Assembly: GCA_020436165.1 (NCBI GenBank)
Contig: JAGQYI010000076.1
Location: 99,555 to 163,554 of the forward strand
Direction of reading: 5' to 3'
DNA from: Cyclobacteriaceae bacterium
Lineage (GTDB): Bacteria; Bacteroidota; Bacteroidia; Cytophagales; Cyclobacteriaceae
DNA length: 64,000 nt
A program made the position numbers and the translations under genes. Positions 49,267 to 62,273 of the stretch are shown in pieces. Numbering within the stretch: the stretch's first letter is position 1; every line of letters starts with the position of its first letter. Under the pieces are notes generated by a model. It was not told where the DNA came from. It made no database searches and worked only from the letters and a program-made list of their open reading frames with translations.

Positions 49267-49905
49267 ATGCGCGAACTGGTAGAGAAACACTTTCCTTTTT
49301 TCAAAGAACCCGAATTAGTGGATGCCATTGTAAATGTGGGAAAGGAAATAATTGTGAAAGAAGGTGAGCCTATTATTAAAATAGGTGAATTCATTAAAAG
49401 CACACCCCTTATCACAGAAGGGCTTTTAAAAGTAATTCGTCAGGACGAAAGCGGAAATGAAATTTTGCTCTACTACCTGGAAGGAGGCAATACTTGTGTA
49501 ATGACAGTTACGTGTTGTATGCACCAGGAAAAAAGTAAGATAAAGGCAATTGCCGAAAAAGACTCCCACCTTATTCTTATTCCCTTCCATTACATGGACG
49601 ATTGGATGCGTAATTTCCGAACCTGGAGAAACTTTATTCTCCAAACATATTCATCCCGTTTCGAAGAAATGCTTTCAACGCTGGATGCCACTGCTTTTGA
49701 AAGCCTTGACAACCGATTGATCAAATACCTGAACGATAAGCAAACGGTTATGGGCACCGATGAGTTCAGGGTCACGCATCAGCAAATTGCTTCAGAACTT
49801 AACTCCTCACGTGAGGCGGTAAGCCGGCTTTTGAAAAAACTGGAAATTCTTAAAGCCATTCAATTAGGAAGAAACAAAATAAAGATTCTAAAAGAACTGC
49901 ATTAA
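49267..49905 (+). CDS. Crp/Fnr-family transcriptional regulator (cNMP-binding-like sensor plus C-terminal HTH) with C-x5-CC cluster
   Basis: Beta-roll region with GGNTCVMTVTCC. HTH …IASELNSSREAVSRLLKKLE with CRP-like R-E-x-x-x-R recognition helix. Confidence 0.8.
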   Translation: MRELVEKHFPFFKEPELVDAIVNVGKEIIVKEGEPIIKIGEFIKSTPLITEGLLKVIRQDESGNEILLYYLEGGNTCVMTVTCCMHQEKSKIKAIAEKDSHLILIPFHYMDDWMRNFRTWRNFILQTYSSRFEEMLSTLDATAFESLDNRLIKYLNDKQTVMGTDEFRVTHQQIASELNSSREAVSRLLKKLEILKAIQLGRNKIKILKELH

Positions 49906-49910
49906 TTCCC

Positions 49911-51086
49911 ATGCCAAAAACGTACAAAATATTGATAATAAGCCTATTATCACTGATGACAGTGTATGTAATAGGCACAAAGCTAGCTGCCTATTTTGTT
50001 GATAGCGGTTATAACAAAGTCGCCCAAAAACCACCTTACCGTACTACTGCCCAGGTACGAGCGCTTTACTACAACCTGCCGTTTGTGGCCGACCTGCACA
50101 GCGATGTTCTACTTTGGAACCGAAACATAGAAAAAAGGCATAAGTACGGCCATGAAGATATTCCGAGAATGATCGATGCCAACCTGGCGCTTCAGGCGTT
50201 TACCATCGTTAGTAAAACGCCCAAGAATATGAATTTCGATCACAACGATGATAAAACAGACAACATAACTGCCCTAATGTTTGCCACCGGAAGGCCTCCT
50301 TCCACCTGGTTTAGTTTGAAGGAAAGGGCTTTAGAACAATGTAGCGAACTATACCAGTATGCCCGTGTTTCTAAAGGAAGATTAAGGGTAATCACAAACC
50401 AATCTGAGCTGAAGCGATACATCAAAGACAGATCGGTAAACCCAAATCAAACCGCTGGTTTTCTGGGCGTAGAAGGCATGCAGGTGCTGGAGGGCGATAT
50501 TAACAATGTGCAGGCCATGTTCGATGCCGGAATTCGTATGATGGCACCCACACATTTTTTTGACAATAAGTTGGGAGGCTCGGCCCATGGAATCAACAAA
50601 GGAGGCCTCACCCCTTTTGGTGCAGAGGTGATAAAAAAAATGGAGAGCATGCACATGATCGTTGATCTGGCTCATGCCTCACCTGCACTCATAGATGATG
50701 TGCTGGACATAGCTACCCGGCCTCTTTTGGTCTCGCACACCGGTGTTAAGGGCACCTGTAACAACGTTAGAAATCTTTCAGATGAACACCTGAAAAGAAT
50801 TGCCGCAGGCGGAGGAATTGTTGGCATTGCAGTGTTTGAGCAAGCCGTTTGTGGAACGGATGCAGCTTCAACCGCACAGGCAATCAAGTACGCTTCGGAC
50901 CTTATTGGCTACGAGCATGTAGCGCTAGGCTCAGATTTTGATGGAGCCATACAAGCGCATTTTGATGTTACGGGTTTTCCGCTAATTGTTCAGGAATTGT
51001 TGAAGCTTGGCTTTAACGAAAAAGAAATTGCCGCCATTATGGGAGGCAATGTCCGAGATTTTTTGTTGAAGAATTTGCCGGAGTAA
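49911..51086 (+). CDS. membrane dipeptidase (peptidase M19 family)
   Basis: N-terminal anchor. DLHSD, VDLAH, SHTG, GSDFDG motifs. 6 bp after crp-family gene. Confidence 0.8.
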   Translation: MPKTYKILIISLLSLMTVYVIGTKLAAYFVDSGYNKVAQKPPYRTTAQVRALYYNLPFVADLHSDVLLWNRNIEKRHKYGHEDIPRMIDANLALQAFTIVSKTPKNMNFDHNDDKTDNITALMFATGRPPSTWFSLKERALEQCSELYQYARVSKGRLRVITNQSELKRYIKDRSVNPNQTAGFLGVEGMQVLEGDINNVQAMFDAGIRMMAPTHFFDNKLGGSAHGINKGGLTPFGAEVIKKMESMHMIVDLAHASPALIDDVLDIATRPLLVSHTGVKGTCNNVRNLSDEHLKRIAAGGGIVGIAVFEQAVCGTDAASTAQAIKYASDLIGYEHVALGSDFDGAIQAHFDVTGFPLIVQELLKLGFNEKEIAAIMGGNVRDFLLKNLPE

Positions 51087-51087
51087 T

Positions 51088-51960
51088 CTATTTATGCCTT
51101 TTAAAGGGTTCAATATTTTGCCCTCCAAATCCTTGCGGATAGTTTTCAATATCTTCAAAACCTAACTTAATGTCGCGCCCTGAATGCGGTATGTGGGCTG
51201 TTTTGAAAATATAATCCCAAATACTCAACGTTATACCGTAATTAATACCGTATGGGTGGTCTTCCGGCAACTCTTTTGAATGATGCCAGATGTGCATAGC
51301 AGGATTATTCAGTAGATACTTAAAAGGCCCATATGTAATATTCAGGTTTGAGTGATTCAAATGACCAATCATTATATTAAAAGCATGCATTACAAACAAG
51401 TCATTAAGCCCAAACCCTATCATTGTTAATGGAACAAAAAGTGCTGTTTTGTAAAAAATATTTTCCATCCAATGGTATCGAAGATGCGCAGCAAACCCCA
51501 TTTCCTCTACCGAATGGTGTACTTTATGAAACTGCCACATCCAATCTACCCGATGTAGCATAACATGCACGCTCCATTGAATGAAATCGGAAAGAAGAAA
51601 AAGAATTAAAAAACGAGCCCAGATAGGCAAGCTATCCAATTCAATGGCTATAACGTTTTCAACTCCGAACAGACCTAAAAAATTGTTAAAAAGTTCTACC
51701 CCCACATTTGAAATGGCATTATAAGCGACCAAAGAGAATATGAAGAAGTTGAAGAACATGTAAAAAGCATCAAGCCAGAAATCCTTACGAAAGACCGCCT
51801 GGTTTTTTCGCCATGGAAAAGCCAATTCCAGTCCCCAAACAAGTAAGGAAAGCACAATAAGATAGTAAAAGTAATTGCCCCATCCCGGGTGCGTAATTTC
51901 ATATACCATGTAATTCCAATAGCCGGTATATGAGTCGTATATGGTTTTCCAAATGTCCAT
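51088..51960 (-). CDS. sterol desaturase/fatty-acid hydroxylase superfamily membrane protein
   Basis: Histidine boxes HRVDWMWQFHKVHH, HLRYHW, HIWHH. Confidence 0.8.
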   Translation of the reverse strand: MDIWKTIYDSYTGYWNYMVYEITHPGWGNYFYYLIVLSLLVWGLELAFPWRKNQAVFRKDFWLDAFYMFFNFFIFSLVAYNAISNVGVELFNNFLGLFGVENVIAIELDSLPIWARFLILFLLSDFIQWSVHVMLHRVDWMWQFHKVHHSVEEMGFAAHLRYHWMENIFYKTALFVPLTMIGFGLNDLFVMHAFNIMIGHLNHSNLNITYGPFKYLLNNPAMHIWHHSKELPEDHPYGINYGITLSIWDYIFKTAHIPHSGRDIKLGFEDIENYPQGFGGQNIEPFKRHK

Positions 51961-51966
51961 TCAGAA

Positions 51967-52188
51967 TTAAAATTTTATTTTTTTATCAGTTTTAGGAGGC
52001 TCAATTTCACAACTGTTACTACCGGGAGTAAAACCACAACCCGTATTAGCAATAGCCTGGTATAAAAGAATACCAGCAAAGAAAAGAACGAAATACTCTT
52101 TGTCCATAATAGCTGATACACCAAAATAAAGCCCTAAAAAAAGGCGAAGAAACCTTGCGAATCCCCACCCTTTCAAAATCGTTTCCAT
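51967..52188 (-). CDS. DUF2892 (YgaP C-terminal-like) small membrane protein
   Basis: 73 aa, two TM. Immediately downstream of rhodanese (2-bp gap), like the split form of E. coli YgaP. Confidence 0.5.
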   Translation of the reverse strand: METILKGWGFARFLRLFLGLYFGVSAIMDKEYFVLFFAGILLYQAIANTGCGFTPGSNSCEIEPPKTDKKIKF

Positions 52189-52189
52189 A

Positions 52190-52651
52190 TTATTTACCAG
52201 TTGGTAAGCCTTGTTGCCTCCAGGCGTTTATTCCACCTGCAAGGTTATAAACTTCTTTAAAACCCATGCTATTAAGCACTTGCATAGCGCTTCCGCTTCT
52301 TCCTCCAACAGCGCAATACACCATTACAGGAGCATTTTTATCAAGAGTCTTTAGCTGTTCTTTAAAATCCGGGGCGTAAAAATTCATATGTACACTGCCG
52401 ACTATTGCTCCCTGAGCTACCTCTTGAGGTGTTCTTACATCCAGTATAACACCATTCTTCTTGGTTTCTATTAATTGTTTAAACTCCGTAGTGTTAACAT
52501 TTTTTGCAATGCTTTCAGAAGACACCGTAGTTTTATTGGTAGCAGCCTGTGCAGATTTCTGATTTTGAGAATTTCCACACGATGCAAGCCCAAGTGATAA
52601 AGTGAGGGCTACGCCAAAAATCGCAATTCGTTTCATAGTAAAGTTGTTCAT
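52190..52651 (-). CDS. rhodanese-domain sulfurtransferase lipoprotein (active-site Cys present)
   Basis: Lipoprotein signal (LGLASCGN). CAVGGRSG active loop. Confidence 0.8.
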   Translation of the reverse strand: MNNFTMKRIAIFGVALTLSLGLASCGNSQNQKSAQAATNKTTVSSESIAKNVNTTEFKQLIETKKNGVILDVRTPQEVAQGAIVGSVHMNFYAPDFKEQLKTLDKNAPVMVYCAVGGRSGSAMQVLNSMGFKEVYNLAGGINAWRQQGLPTGK

Positions 52652-52707
52652 CTAAAAATTATACCTAATAACAAACCACAAATTAAAAAGTTCAAAATTT
52701 ATGCTCG

Positions 52708-52723
52708 TGTGATAAAGAACACA
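52708..52723. promoter_or_regulatory. CRP-type palindrome with one mismatch (TGTGA-N6-ACACA)
   Basis: tgtgataaagaacaca in rhodanese/sulP divergent region. Confidence 0.4.
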
Positions 52724-52818
52724 TTGAGACACTGCAATTGAACCTTATTTTGCTAACTTACACAAAACACTCCTGGGCAAAGGGTTTGACGTAATTCTGA
52801 ATAACGAACAACCGTAAA

Positions 52819-54492
52819 ATGAAAAAATACCTTCCTATTTTAACCTGGTTGCCGGGCTATAAAAAAGAATTTCTTTCGGGTGATCTCTCAGCTGGCTTAA
52901 CGGTTGGGGTTATGCTCATACCCCAGGGCATGGCCTATGCCATGATAGCTGGCCTTCCTCCGGTTTATGGCCTTTATGCCGCTATGATTCCTCAAGTAGT
53001 TTATGCAATTTTTGGAACCTCCCGACAACTGGGCGTTGGTCCTGTTGCCATGGACTCGCTTCTTGTAGCTGCGGGCGTATCGGTAATTGCAGAAGCAGGA
53101 AGCGAAAACTATATTTCGCTTGCTATCCTGCTTGCCTTTATGATGGGCGTAATACAACTTTTGCTAGGCATCTTCAGGATGGGGTTTCTTGTCAATTTTT
53201 TATCAAAACCGGTAATCAGTGGATTTACTTCCGCAGCTGCTTTAATAATTGCCCTTAACCAACTAAAGCATCTGATTGGTGTAAATATTACCAGAAACAA
53301 CAACATATTCCTGATTCTTTACGATGCCATTTTGAAATTTAATCAATTTCACTGGCTTTCCATTCTCATAGGTATTGTTGGGATTATTATTCTCAAAAAC
53401 ATTAAAAAAATTCACAAAGCCATTCCGGGTGCTCTGGTGGCAGTTGTTTTAGGCATTCTCGCAGTAAAGTTCTTTAAGTTAGAGGGTTATGGAGTAAAAA
53501 TTGTTGGCGATGTTCCCAAAGGAATGCCTGACTTCGCCATACCCGCCATTCATTCCGAGCATTTCAACGATTTGATTCCCATCGCCCTAACTTTGGCACT
53601 CATTGCCTTTATGGAAGCCATATCCGTTGCAAAGGCATTGCAATCAAAACATAAAGACGAGTACAAACTAAATGCGAACCAGGAACTTATTGGTTTGGGT
53701 ATGGGAAATCTGGTAGGCTCATTCTTTAGTTGCTACCCAACAACAGGAGGTTTTAGTAGGTCAGCTGTAAACGAACAGACTGGTGCACGAACAAACCTTG
53801 CTGCCATTATTAGTGCTTCACTTGTAGCACTTACTCTTTTGTTTTTGACTCCTGTGTTTTACTTCTTGCCAAAATCTATTCTTGCCGCAATCATAATGGT
53901 GGCAGTATTTGGATTAATAGATCTAAAATTCCCAGTACTTCTATGGAAGACAAAAAAGGAAGACCTGGTAATGCTACTTATCGCTTTTGGTGTAACGCTT
54001 GGTTTTGGTATTAAAGAAGGCATTGGTGTAAGTGTGGTTATTTCACTGCTCGCCATGATCTATAGAAGTACTAAGCCACATTATGCGGTTCTGGGTAAAA
54101 TGCCTGATTCCAAGGAATACAGAAATATTGAACGCTTTCCCAACGTTGAAATCAGAGAGGATATTTTGGTTATCAGATACGATGCTGACCTTTATTTCGC
54201 CAATACCAACCATTTTGTGGAAACGCTAACGGAAGAAGTTGATAAAAAAGGAGATAAGCTTAAGCTTATAGTTTTGCATGGAGGCAGCATTGCCCATATG
54301 GACACCACAGCATACCAGGCACTCGCTGAATTTATTCAGTATGTTAAAAAAAGTGGAATTGAGGTCCATTTTGCTTATGTTATTGGCCCCACGAGAGACT
54401 TTTTAAGTAAAGCCGGGCTTAGAAATATTATAGGAGAAGACAAGTGCTTCTTAGATATTGAAAGTGCCATAAGTGCATACGATAAAAAATAA
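52819..54492 (+). CDS. SulP family anion permease with C-terminal STAS domain
   Basis: 557 aa. SulP TM core. STAS (…IVLHGGSIAHMDTTAYQAL…). Confidence 0.9.
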   Translation: MKKYLPILTWLPGYKKEFLSGDLSAGLTVGVMLIPQGMAYAMIAGLPPVYGLYAAMIPQVVYAIFGTSRQLGVGPVAMDSLLVAAGVSVIAEAGSENYISLAILLAFMMGVIQLLLGIFRMGFLVNFLSKPVISGFTSAAALIIALNQLKHLIGVNITRNNNIFLILYDAILKFNQFHWLSILIGIVGIIILKNIKKIHKAIPGALVAVVLGILAVKFFKLEGYGVKIVGDVPKGMPDFAIPAIHSEHFNDLIPIALTLALIAFMEAISVAKALQSKHKDEYKLNANQELIGLGMGNLVGSFFSCYPTTGGFSRSAVNEQTGARTNLAAIISASLVALTLLFLTPVFYFLPKSILAAIIMVAVFGLIDLKFPVLLWKTKKEDLVMLLIAFGVTLGFGIKEGIGVSVVISLLAMIYRSTKPHYAVLGKMPDSKEYRNIERFPNVEIREDILVIRYDADLYFANTNHFVETLTEEVDKKGDKLKLIVLHGGSIAHMDTTAYQALAEFIQYVKKSGIEVHFAYVIGPTRDFLSKAGLRNIIGEDKCFLDIESAISAYDKK

Positions 54493-54539
54493 TCTAATAG
54501 GTAAATTCGATTTTGCGATAGATTATTTTGATTTTCTTA

Positions 54540-54555
54540 TGTAATTTTAATCACA
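54540..54555. promoter_or_regulatory. CRP-type palindrome with one mismatch (TGTAA-N6-TCACA; extended TATGTAA-N6-TCACATA)
   Basis: About 77 bp upstream of persulfide dioxygenase fusion gene. Confidence 0.45.
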
Positions 54556-54624
54556 TAGAAACCAGCAAGCAATGCGTAAACTTGCATAAGTTCAAGAAAA
54601 GTACAATTAAACAAACAACATATC

Positions 54625-56040
54625 ATGCCAGTAGAACAGATATACACAGGCTGTTTAGCCGAAGCCGCTTACTACATACACTCTAATGGAGAAGCCGCTA
54701 TCATTGATCCATTGAGAGAGACTACCCCCTATGTTACCAGGGCTGCTGACGATGGAGTTAAAATAAAATACATTTTCCTTACCCACTTCCATGCAGACTT
54801 TGTGTCGGGTCACGTGGATCTTGCCAGAAAAACTGGAGCTACTATTGTTTACGGACCAAATGCCGTGGCAGAGTTCGATTTTCACCAGGCAAAAGACAAT
54901 GAAGAATTTAAAATTGGTGCTTTGACATTGAAAGTCCTTCATACTCCAGGCCATACCATGGAATCAACTACTTATCTGTTGATCGATGAAGAAGGGAAAA
55001 AACACAGTATTTATACAGGAGATACTTTGTTTATCGGTGATGTTGGACGCCCTGATCTTGCAGTTAAAACACATTTAACTCAAGAAGACCTTGCAGGTCA
55101 TCTGTATGATTCATTGAGAAACAAAATCATGACCTTGCCAGATGATGTAATTGTATATCCTGGTCATGGTGCAGGTTCTGCTTGTGGCAAAAACATGAGC
55201 AGCGAAACTTTCGACACCCTTGGTCATCAGAAAGAAACGAACTATGCACTTCGTGCAGACATGACAAAAGAGGAGTTCATCAAAGAAGTACTAACCGGAT
55301 TGGTTCAACCACCTCAGTACTTCCCTAAAAACGTGATGATGAACAAAGGAATAAACACCAGCTACTCTGATATTATTGCCCATGGTGTTCGCCCTCATCC
55401 GGCAGCTGAATTCAAGAACCTGATGGAAACAACAGAAGGAGTTATTGTGTTGGATACCCGTCATGAGCAAACATTCAAAGATGGTTTCATTCCTGGTTCG
55501 TACAACTTCAATATTGACGATAACTTCGCTCCTTGGGTAGGTGCTGTAATTGAAAACATTGAAGCTCCAATACTTATAGTTGCGGATGACGGACGCGAAG
55601 AAGAAGTTGTTACTCGTCTTGCACGTGTAGGGTACGATAACTCAATAGGATATCTTCAGGGTGGTATTGAAGCTTGGGAAGAGGCTGGTTATCCAATCGA
55701 TTCAATTGTTTCAATTACTCCTGACGAATTGAAAGTTAAAATGATGGGTAAAATCAACATTGTTGATGTTAGAAAGAAATCAGAATATGATTCTGAGCAT
55801 ATTGATTATGCAGGAGTTGTTAATAGACCCCTTGATTTCATCAACAAAAACATGAAAGAATACGATAAAAATCAAGAGTACTATTTCCACTGTGTGGGTG
55901 GATATCGTTCAATGATTGCAGCATCTATTCTTAAAGCTCATGGAATTAAAAATGTGATCGACATAAAAGGAGGTTTCAGAGACATCAAAGAAAGTGGTGT
56001 TAAAGTAACTGAATATGTTTGCCCTACTACATTATTATAA
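54625..56040 (+). CDS. persulfide dioxygenase (MBL-fold, ETHE1-like) fused to two rhodanese domains (CstB/Blh-like)
   Basis: HxHxDH (THFHADFVSGH), HTPGHT. First rhodanese lacks Cys. Second has CVGGYRS. Confidence 0.85.
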   Translation: MPVEQIYTGCLAEAAYYIHSNGEAAIIDPLRETTPYVTRAADDGVKIKYIFLTHFHADFVSGHVDLARKTGATIVYGPNAVAEFDFHQAKDNEEFKIGALTLKVLHTPGHTMESTTYLLIDEEGKKHSIYTGDTLFIGDVGRPDLAVKTHLTQEDLAGHLYDSLRNKIMTLPDDVIVYPGHGAGSACGKNMSSETFDTLGHQKETNYALRADMTKEEFIKEVLTGLVQPPQYFPKNVMMNKGINTSYSDIIAHGVRPHPAAEFKNLMETTEGVIVLDTRHEQTFKDGFIPGSYNFNIDDNFAPWVGAVIENIEAPILIVADDGREEEVVTRLARVGYDNSIGYLQGGIEAWEEAGYPIDSIVSITPDELKVKMMGKINIVDVRKKSEYDSEHIDYAGVVNRPLDFINKNMKEYDKNQEYYFHCVGGYRSMIAASILKAHGIKNVIDIKGGFRDIKESGVKVTEYVCPTTLL

Positions 56041-56061
56041 TTAGTAACTAAATTTTTTATT

Positions 56062-56091
56062 AGCCCTGACGGTATCGTCAGGGCTTTTTTT
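56062..56091 (+). terminator. Rho-independent terminator
   Basis: agccctgacggtatcgtcagggct plus ttttttt. Confidence 0.7.
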
Positions 56092-56104
56092 AAACCATTT
56101 TTTA

Positions 56105-56365
56105 ATGAATACTACCGCAAAAAAAGCTGCAAAACCAAACCTTATAAAAAACTTTTTCTTTGCCAGTTTAACCTTAGGCCTTGCTCCCTGGGGGCTCATG
56201 GGCGAACCACATATAATTGGGAAAATTCGCTGGATATGGGGTGGTGCAGTTGGAATGCAACCCATAGATTGGTTCGATTTTTTTCTTCATGGAACGCCCT
56301 GGTTTCTGTTAATCGGAGCCATTGTATGGGAGGGCAAGAAAAAATTCTTCCCTGCAAAGGCGTAA
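56105..56365 (+). CDS. possible small membrane protein (hypothetical)
   Basis: 86-aa ORF with two hydrophobic segments, directly after a terminator. No family recognised. Confidence 0.3.
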   Translation: MNTTAKKAAKPNLIKNFFFASLTLGLAPWGLMGEPHIIGKIRWIWGGAVGMQPIDWFDFFLHGTPWFLLIGAIVWEGKKKFFPAKA

Positions 56366-56427
56366 ACCATTGCTACATTTCGGCTCATTGAGTTGAGCCT
56401 TGAGTGGTTTCGTTTTACCTTTGGTAA

Positions 56428-57669
56428 ATGCAGGAACTCACCCTTTCCGAACTCAACCAACAAATAAAAAAAACTCTTGAAGAGCAGCTGGAACGCTCCT
56501 ATTGGGTAATTGCTGAAATCGGACAAATCCAAATTAACCAAAGCGGGCACTGCTATCTTGAACTTGTACAAAAAGAGAATAACCAGGTGGTTGCCAAAGC
56601 CAAGGCAACAATTTGGGCGTATGCCTATAGAAATATATCGGCCTGGTTTGAGCGAATAGCAGGAAGTGAACTGACTATGGGCATGAAAATACTAGCCAAT
56701 GCCACAGTCAACTTTCACGAAGTATATGGCTTAAGTTTGAACATAAAAGACATTGACCCGTCCTACACCCTTGGTGAACGAGAAAAAGCCAGACAAGGGG
56801 TAATACGAAAATTGGAGCAGGATGGAATAATGGATATGAACAAAGGGCTGCCCCTACCTATTGTACCACAAAAAATAGCCATCATAAGTGCCGAAACGGC
56901 TGCAGGATATGGTGATTTTATCAACCAGTTGGAAAACAATTTGTATGGTTATAAAATACATCACAGGCTTTATCAATCTGTGATGCAAGGTGTCAAAGCT
57001 GCGGAGAGCATCGTAGAGGCGCTGCATCAAATTCATTCCAACAACTCGGTAGACCTGGTTGTAATTATACGAGGAGGAGGCTCTCAATTGGATTTGGATT
57101 GTTTTGATGATTATGAGCTTTGCAGTCATATTGCTCAATTCCCATTACCAATATTAACAGGTATAGGCCATGAGCGCGATACAACAATTGCTGACATGGT
57201 TGCCCACACACAGCTTAAAACCCCAACGGCAGTAGCTGAATTCCTGCTGCAGGGATTCATGTCCTTTCAGGCGCAAGTGGAAGATTATTTTAACTCCATA
57301 AGAACCAGTACGCTAGGTCGCTTAGGGGTAGAAAAAGAGGTGATTTACACCATTCAGTCAGGTATTAAACATTATGCCGAACTTCAAATTCATAGACAGG
57401 ATACATTGCTCAATTCACTAACGCAAAGCATTAAACACATTACAAGAGCTCAAATAAAGGCCGCTAAAAACTCTTTGAGCACATTGGAACAAAAGATCGA
57501 TTTGATCAACCCCAAACATATTTTGCAAAAAGGATACGCTATTGTTTATAAAAATGGAAAGCCAATTGGAGACAAAACAGTTGCATCGGGTGACACTCTT
57601 GAAACGGTAACGGCCAGGCAAAAGATTAAAAGTACAGTAAACACAACTACCAGCTTAAAAAACTTATGA
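56428..57669 (+). CDS. xseA: exodeoxyribonuclease VII large subunit
   Basis: OB-fold N-terminus plus catalytic core. Followed by overlapping xseB. Confidence 0.9.
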   Translation: MQELTLSELNQQIKKTLEEQLERSYWVIAEIGQIQINQSGHCYLELVQKENNQVVAKAKATIWAYAYRNISAWFERIAGSELTMGMKILANATVNFHEVYGLSLNIKDIDPSYTLGEREKARQGVIRKLEQDGIMDMNKGLPLPIVPQKIAIISAETAAGYGDFINQLENNLYGYKIHHRLYQSVMQGVKAAESIVEALHQIHSNNSVDLVVIIRGGGSQLDLDCFDDYELCSHIAQFPLPILTGIGHERDTTIADMVAHTQLKTPTAVAEFLLQGFMSFQAQVEDYFNSIRTSTLGRLGVEKEVIYTIQSGIKHYAELQIHRQDTLLNSLTQSIKHITRAQIKAAKNSLSTLEQKIDLINPKHILQKGYAIVYKNGKPIGDKTVASGDTLETVTARQKIKSTVNTTTSLKNL

Positions 57670-57869
57670 GCAAATTCAATTATAAAAAGGCCATGGAAAG
57701 GCTCAATGAAATAGTTTCTGAAATGGAATCAGGAGAACTTGATATTGATAAAATAAGCGCACTTGTAAAGGAATCAAGCACTTTACTTAAAGCATGTAAA
57801 AAGGCGCTTACATCTACAGAAGAAGAGATCAACAGAGTTATTGAAAACGATGGGGAACCATCTGAATAA
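57666..57869 (+). CDS. xseB: exodeoxyribonuclease VII small subunit
   Basis: 67 aa helical. 4-bp overlap with xseA. Confidence 0.8.
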   Translation: MSKFNYKKAMERLNEIVSEMESGELDIDKISALVKESSTLLKACKKALTSTEEEINRVIENDGEPSE

Positions 57870-57928
57870 TTTTTATACGTATGTCTTTCTTATTTTAGTA
57901 TTTTGGCTCTGCTATTTTTAATCCAATT

Positions 57929-62272
<4,344 letters not shown>

Positions 62273-62273
<1 letters not shown>

